Origin: Corynebacterium glutamicum ATCC 13032
GTDB lineage: Bacteria; Actinomycetota; Actinomycetes; Mycobacteriales; Mycobacteriaceae
Direction of reading: 5' to 3'
DNA: 32,000 nucleotides
NCBI RefSeq assembly: GCF_000011325.1
Contig: NC_003450.3
Location: forward strand, 1,800,001 to 1,832,000
Each line of letters begins with the position of its first letter. Within the stretch, counting starts at the first letter, position 1. Positions 26,938 through 32,000 of the stretch are shown piece by piece. The position numbers were made by a program, and so were the translations under genes. A model generated the notes under the pieces. That model made no database searches. It was not told the DNA's origin and saw only the letters and a list, made by a program, of their open reading frames with translations.

Positions 26938-27106
26938 GGTGGCAGATTACCTTTCCCAGCATCATGCTTGTTTCAAGGTGTCCACCATCCGGGGGTCAGG
27001 TCCAGCTTCAGCTTTTGAACTTCTCCACATTGGATGACATCAACTAAGCGAGTGCGGACATACTGCAGAAACAAATGGTTTCCTCACTTCCTTCTATGAA
27101 ATCCAG

Positions 27107-27397
27107 CTAGGTGCAGCCTCTGAGCTCCCTACTAGAAAATCGCGCATAAGTTCCAGTACACCGATCACGAATGGCGTTGCTTGACATCCTCCCCGCCCTC
27201 GACGTGCGGGGCTGGCGCGTATACCGAGAGGTCACTTCTGCATCAACAACGCAAAATACTGGATAACCACCAACATCAATGCCTGTATTAATAGTGCTGA
27301 CATGCTGCAGCCTCTGCCTATAAAGCGCATCAACACGAGACTGCGCACTATCATGCGGTGAGCTGTGAAATTCTTTTGCTAAAGTGCGATACACCAT
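27107..27397 (-). CDS. hypothetical protein (96 aa), weak call
   Basis: ORF reading away from the AT-rich repeat field. Poor RBS and an Arg/Ser/Thr-rich C-terminus. Confidence 0.3.
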   Translation of the reverse strand: MVYRTLAKEFHSSPHDSAQSRVDALYRQRLQHVSTINTGIDVGGYPVFCVVDAEVTSRYTRQPRTSRAGRMSSNAIRDRCTGTYARFSSRELRGCT

Positions 27398-27419
27398 AAG
27401 CTCTATTGTCCCCTACGTG

Positions 27420-28620
27420 CTCGTTTCTGGCCTTTTAGTAAGCACCAGGAATAAGCGCCGATGAAGACACAATCATACCGACAATTAATCGTGCCGATAT
27501 GAGCTCTTAAAAGACAGCATAAAACGAGTTTTTCAAAAGCCTATTAAGTGTCAATTACGACGTGCATTAATAGATACTCAATCACCTTAAATTGTTGACA
27601 CACTCCACTAAAACAGGTCTATTAAAAGACAATTGAATTACGCCCTAGTAGTACTTGTTTCAGGCCACCACTTAGAAGGCTTTTAAGTATCCACTATGTA
27701 TCAATTATCTAGAACCTTTAGTGACTTTGAAACGGCAGTACTCTATTGGCTCTTAATGGTCAATTACATAACAATTATATTGAGCCTTTGAAACAACTCA
27801 CTCTGCTGCATATTAAAAGGTCGATTAACTAACGATTGAATTGATCCTTAAAAAGCCTTTATCTATCGCATTATGAATAAATATTTAATCGACCTTTAAT
27901 AGTGACCTAAAAGCCTTTTAAAAGCCAACGCATTCAGTGACTTTTAAAAGGCTATTAAGTGTCAATTGAATTGCCTTGTTACTGGCTTTTAAAAGGCTAT
28001 TAAAGAACACTCCCCTATTGTCTTTTAATCGTCACTTAATCGACCTCTAAAAGGTAACTAATTGACTCTTGAGTGACACATATTTAATTGACCTTTAAGT
28101 AACGATTATAAGGCAATTAATGTGACCAAATAAAGACACGTAACTGACTAATCTTTATCTGACTATTACAAGGCTTTAAAAGAGCACTTATGTGTCGATT
28201 AAGTGTCTACGCAATAACTGTGCTTTAAGAGGCTTTAAAAACTACAATTGAATCGACCACTAATCGTTACTTAAATGACTATTAACAAAAGTCACTTTTA
28301 GAGCACCGCAAAAGCCTTTTAATGGTCACGCAATAAGCCTTTAAGTAACAATTAAATAAGTGGCTTTAAAATCACTACTGCAGCACGATTGAAAGGTAAT
28401 TAGCGGTCGATTAAGTGTCAATTAATTAATAGTGATTCAAAATCTCATTAAAGCGCAATTCAATTGACAGCTAATAAGCCCTTAAGTAACAAATACTTTA
28501 TCCGTACTTTAAGGGCACGCTAAAAGCCTTTTAATCGACATCTAATTGTCATAACGCTTCGATGCGCCCATGGGAATACACTTAGCGGTCGATTAAATGG
28601 ATACTAAGTAGCAATTAGCC
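27420..28620. repeat. 1.2-kb ORF-free AT-rich field of degenerate TTAA-punctuated short repeats
   Basis: No ORF of 60 codons or more on either strand. Recurrent words include CTTTTAAAAGGCTATTAA (27941 and 27986), (G)GTCGATTAAGTGTC (28194 and 28405) and TTTAAGTAAC (28094 and 28339, with variant CTTAAGTAAC at 28481), plus CAATTGAAT and AAAAGCCTTTTAA. Some words are shared with the terminator flanks at 14.6 and 16.2 kb. Confidence 0.8.
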
Positions 28621-29501
28621 AGAGTCGCGTGACAGAGTTGTGGCGCACAGTAGCACATCACCCCTACCCCCGTGCATCTCTTAATTAGCACTAAAACAAC
28701 ATTTATCTACTTTATGCTGTTTAGTTTTAACGGACTACTACCCCCACCATTGCGGGACAGTGTAACGGTATTGTCCGCACTAAAAGTGACTGAAATATGG
28801 CTACAGAGCTGCCTGCAACGAGCATCCAATTCAAGCCGACAACGAGCTTGTAGAAACGCAGCTACAGCGGACACCAACGAGCCAGCAACGCATGATCTAG
28901 CGGCCTGAAACAGGCGCCTTGAAGCCCGCCACAATGTCGCAACAAGGTCGCAACAATAGCCCGGAAAACTCCCCAACGGACTGTTGAGGCAATCAGCTTG
29001 AGTCACCCAACAAGTGCCCCAGCGAGCCTGCTCTATCGGTTGCGAAATCGGCCTCAGCAGGCTCTCTCAAACACTTGAGAAAAACTCTGCAGCAAACCTT
29101 CCTCACGCCCCGCAACAAGACCTCACAAGACTGCAACGGCTGCTAGAAAAAGCTCCTATAATTCCTCGCAGCAAGCTCCCAGAAACACTGCCGCAGCACC
29201 GTTTAAAACCCGCCACAGAATTACAGCAAACCCCTCAGCGACACTGCTGAAGCACTGTCGCATGTCGCAGCCCTCCGTGAGCCCAGAACCCCTTAAAAAT
29301 ATCCATTCCAGGACCTCTTAAACGGTCTCTACAGGGGCTGAAAAAGCACTTATCAAGCTACAACGTCTGCTTCATCTCTATCACCGGTATATTCCAGTGG
29401 GACCCTCGTTCTCGTGCCTCGAACCCCACTGAAATACACCGGCGTCGCACTCGCTTCGCTCATATATACAGCAGACCTCTCCTACCTGGGAAAACGCAAA
29501 A

Positions 29502-29562
29502 CCGTATACACGTATATACGGCTGAAATCGGCAAAAACCGCTGCCGTATACACGTGTATATG
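29502..29562. repeat. two palindromic CCGTATACACGT(A/G)TATA sites spaced 42 bp apart
   Basis: Sites at 29502-29521 and 29544-29562. The second contains the perfect 14-bp palindrome TATACACGTGTATA. Each is preceded by an A-run. Confidence 0.8.
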
Positions 29563-30764
29563 AACTTAATTTCCCCAGCTTAACAAGCATATTCGCCCCT
29601 TTTCTGGTCGCTAAAGCTCCCGCCACAGGGGAAAAAGAATGAAAGGGCATAAGGGGGTGTGACGCATTGAGCCTTTCGCTGCGCTCAATTCTCAATCCGA
29701 TCGGCATAGCCGATACACCTGGTTTGCTGACGCAAACCCCCGTCCTTCGGACGGCCCTTATCACCCAGCTCCCAAGCCAAAGAGGGGTCAGTTGCTGCGC
29801 TGTCTTTCCTCCCCTCTTCGTCTTCCGCTGTGTGCCCCTTCGGGGTGCCCCTAACAACCACCGATGTGGCTGGCGCCACGATCTTTTCGGTGGTTGTCAT
29901 TCAAGCCCTTGAGACACCAACCTGACTGCAGCTGTCGCTGCGTCATGCCTGTAGGTTCGCTGCGCTCACTGGTGTTACGGGCTTTCAAGACAGGCGTGCT
30001 GCGCGGCCCTCATAATCGTTGTGACGATTCTTCGTTGCCCGCTGCGCCCGCGACGCGCCTAAAAGCAATCACCTTTGCACGGCTGCTGCTCCGTTCTTCG
30101 AACTCCCACATCAGCTCGCACAGCCCGTTGAAGGCGCGCTAAAAGATGAAAAGATCCTGCAACAAAAACGGTTGCAAAAAACTCAAGGGAAGCTCGCTAC
30201 GAAACCTCTCGTTTCTTCGCAAGCGGTGCGCGACGCACACTTAAAAAACACTCTCGCAACACTCGCTCAATTACTACGTTCAAGAGTCCAACCAACACAA
30301 CAAACCAAGCTCTAAGAATCCGAAAATATCAGATAATTATGCACCCCTTTTAATATCAACAAAGGTACTCAGAAGTTCATTAATTACTCACCCACATAAT
30401 TTATGAAAACTCTGTCCCCGTAGGCGCACAATGGATGCCGTGGATTAGTAGCAAAAAGTCTGACTCAAGGCAAGCGCTCGCAACCTACGGTTGCTTCTCG
30501 CGCTTGTGCACGTGTAGTGAGTTGGGTTCTTTTTTTGCCCGAGGTTGAGGTAAGCGATTCTCGGTTTCACCGATCATCGCGCCAGGCGGTGCCTGGCCGG
30601 ATGAACTTGGGAGTGTTGGGTGCGCAGCCTCGCCGCCCGGTGGGTGGTTGCTATGAAAGAAAAGCAACCCGCCCCACAAACACATACAATTAACTTCTAT
30701 ATTTAGTAAATAAATAACTAGTATTTTTAATGACTTACAAATATCAAGAAAGAATCTATTCCTT

Positions 30765-32000
30765 ATGTCCGCATTATCTAGACCGCACAAGATCGCCACC
30801 GGCGTTGCTGTCGCAACTCTTACCCTCACCTTGTGTACCTCTGCTGCCGGCGTTGTCCATGCAGCGCAACAATCCATCAGCGGTCCAGAATCCTCCTGTG
30901 CTTTTAATCAACAGCGTTGGGATGACAGCAAAGTTAAGCTTGACGACACCATCGCTACGGCCAAAAACTCATTGGTACAAACAGGCGAACTGCACCGCAA
31001 CGAACAGGATCTACTTACTGGCTATCTTTTCCAGCAACCGCACAGCAGCAATTACCTTGCACTCAACAACGCTTATGCCGATGCCGTAGCAATCAAAGAC
31101 AGCTTTGTCCGCCCAACATGTGACGGTTCTAAAGAGTCCAAGATTGCCAGCGAACACGCCGTGTCTGAGGTTGTGGGTGCAGTGAATGTACTCGCCCGAG
31201 CACAAAAAGCGCTGCAGATTAACTCCGACACCTACGAACAGCAACGTCGTTGTGATGCCCTTCGTCTAGCAAGCCGAGATGAATCAGATGTTCTTATGCG
31301 CATTGATCGCACCATGCTGCAGCTTCGTCGCACACTAGCTGACATTGACCAGGCGTCCACAGACATTCGCGATATTCGGGCTCAAACAACAAGCTTTGAA
31401 CGTGATCTTGCCCGCGAGCAAAAAGAGGCCGACGCAGCAGCACGTGCTCAAGCTGTAGACACTTCGACCACACCAACATCAAGCACAGAAGATCGTGTCA
31501 ACGACATTCTTAAAGAGTCCCGTACCGATCACAGTGGCGACAGTTACACGCGCTCAACGACAACGAGCGCACAAAGCACTGAGCCGGATTCTGCAACCAA
31601 CACCTCATATCTGTCACGTCGTCTCGACAGCCTGGAACGCAGTGCGCAGCATATTGATCTCAATACCCAGTGCGACAACCTCGATGATCTTCGTGAACTC
31701 ACCAACAATGACACGCGTGATCACACCGGCTCCGTCATTTCCATTGCCGATCAACTCACAGACATCACCAATGAAATCAATGAATTACGCGATAGCACTT
31801 TTGCCACCAGAGACAGTGCCCAACAAGCACAGGATCAGGTAATTGCTCAACGTGAAGAACTGCAACGAGCAAAGGAAGCACGACTAGAAGAACAGCGACT
31901 CGCCAAAGAAGCAGAAGAGGGCGCTCGCAACGCAGCAATTCAGGAACGTGACGCGGCCGAAGCAGCACTGCGTGAAGCACAAGACCTCCTCAGTCGCCTC
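30765..32000 (+). CDS. secreted coiled-coil protein, 3'-truncated by the window edge (412 codons open)
   Basis: Frame checked codon by codon from ATG 30765 to base 32000 with no stop. Signal peptide MSALSRPHKIATGVAVATLTLTLCTSAAGVVHA. Long charged heptad-like stretches. Absent from the ORF track because it has no stop in the window. Confidence 0.8.
   Translation, partial: MSALSRPHKIATGVAVATLTLTLCTSAAGVVHAAQQSISGPESSCAFNQQRWDDSKVKLDDTIATAKNSLVQTGELHRNEQDLLTGYLFQQPHSSNYLALNNAYADAVAIKDSFVRPTCDGSKESKIASEHAVSEVVGAVNVLARAQKALQINSDTYEQQRRCDALRLASRDESDVLMRIDRTMLQLRRTLADIDQASTDIRDIRAQTTSFERDLAREQKEADAAARAQAVDTSTTPTSSTEDRVNDILKESRTDHSGDSYTRSTTTSAQSTEPDSATNTSYLSRRLDSLERSAQHIDLNTQCDNLDDLRELTNNDTRDHTGSVISIADQLTDITNEINELRDSTFATRDSAQQAQDQVIAQREELQRAKEARLEEQRLAKEAEEGARNAAIQERDAAEAALREAQDLLSRL

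Larger units (their letters stand above)
25711..27004 (-). mobile_element. IS3-family insertion sequence (about 1.29 kb)
   Basis: Terminal inverted repeats share a perfect 20-bp core, GACCCCCGGATGGTGGACAC. The end at 27004 reads 5'-TGGACC... on the minus strand. orfA and orfB lie inside. An identical 8-mer, GCTTCAGC, abuts both ends (25703-25710 and 27005-27012). Confidence 0.85.

Noticed and set aside
27420-28620. Possible CRISPR array
   Set aside because: There is no constant-length direct repeat alternating with unique spacers. The repeated words are short, degenerate and irregularly spaced, and no cas genes are present.
29781-29800. GGGGTCAG… as a possible Tn3-family terminal inverted repeat
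   Set aside because: Only the first roughly 7 nt resemble GGGGTCTGA-type ends. There is no inverted partner and no tnpA in the window.
28672-30142. Cluster of overlapping ORFs on both strands in the GC-richer non-coding region
   Set aside because: The reading frames are mutually overlapping. The translations are Arg/Cys/Pro/Ser-rich with no motifs. The region is dominated by hairpins and short repeats. It is treated as non-coding.
30270-30295. tRNA-like T-loop string CGTTCAAGAGTCC
   Set aside because: It has one base too many for the GTTCRANYC T-loop, and no acceptor, D or anticodon stems can be drawn around it.
30485-31089. Track ORFs 30485..30877 (-) and 30730..31089 (+)
   Set aside because: They are out of frame or antisense relative to the 412-codon signal-peptide-bearing frame that starts at 30765. 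Their translations are not protein-like.

Overview
This window looks like an accessory or mobile replicon segment (plasmid or ICE-like) of a mid-GC actinobacterium. The gene style resembles Corynebacterium, but taxon and composition were judged by eye and not computed. Layout: (1) 1-9.3 kb is a co-directional (+) run of about 15 small, often acidic ORFs with no family I recognise, most units closed by strong hairpin terminators. (2) 9.34-10.4 kb holds a Tn3/gamma-delta-style res site (three TGTCGG-led inverted-repeat subsites) followed by a serine resolvase. (3) 10.5-18.2 kb holds a secreted S1 serine protease, a CX5R dual-specificity phosphatase, a GntR/FadR regulator and two secreted-protein plus lipoprotein modules. 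(4) 18.3-24.3 kb is a visibly AT-richer block with a KAP (PifA-type) P-loop NTPase divergent from a 565-aa zinc-ribbon/coiled-coil protein. (5) 25.7-27.0 kb is an intact IS3-family insertion sequence. (6) 27.4-30.7 kb is about 3.3 kb without credible ORFs: a 1.2-kb TTAA-punctuated AT-rich repeat field, then a GC-richer stretch with iteron-like palindromes and a dense hairpin cluster. (7) 30765-32000 is the 5' part of a secreted coiled-coil protein that the ORF track misses because it has no stop in the window. The most notable non-genic signal is six co-oriented copies of a 25-nt hairpin/palindrome, ACAACGACAGCAAAGCTGCGTTCGG. They sit 53-92 nt upstream of six different start codons, and one copy carries a compensatory C:G to T:A change. 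No rRNA, tRNA or CRISPR array was seen. All functional calls rest on motifs read by eye; no database search was possible.
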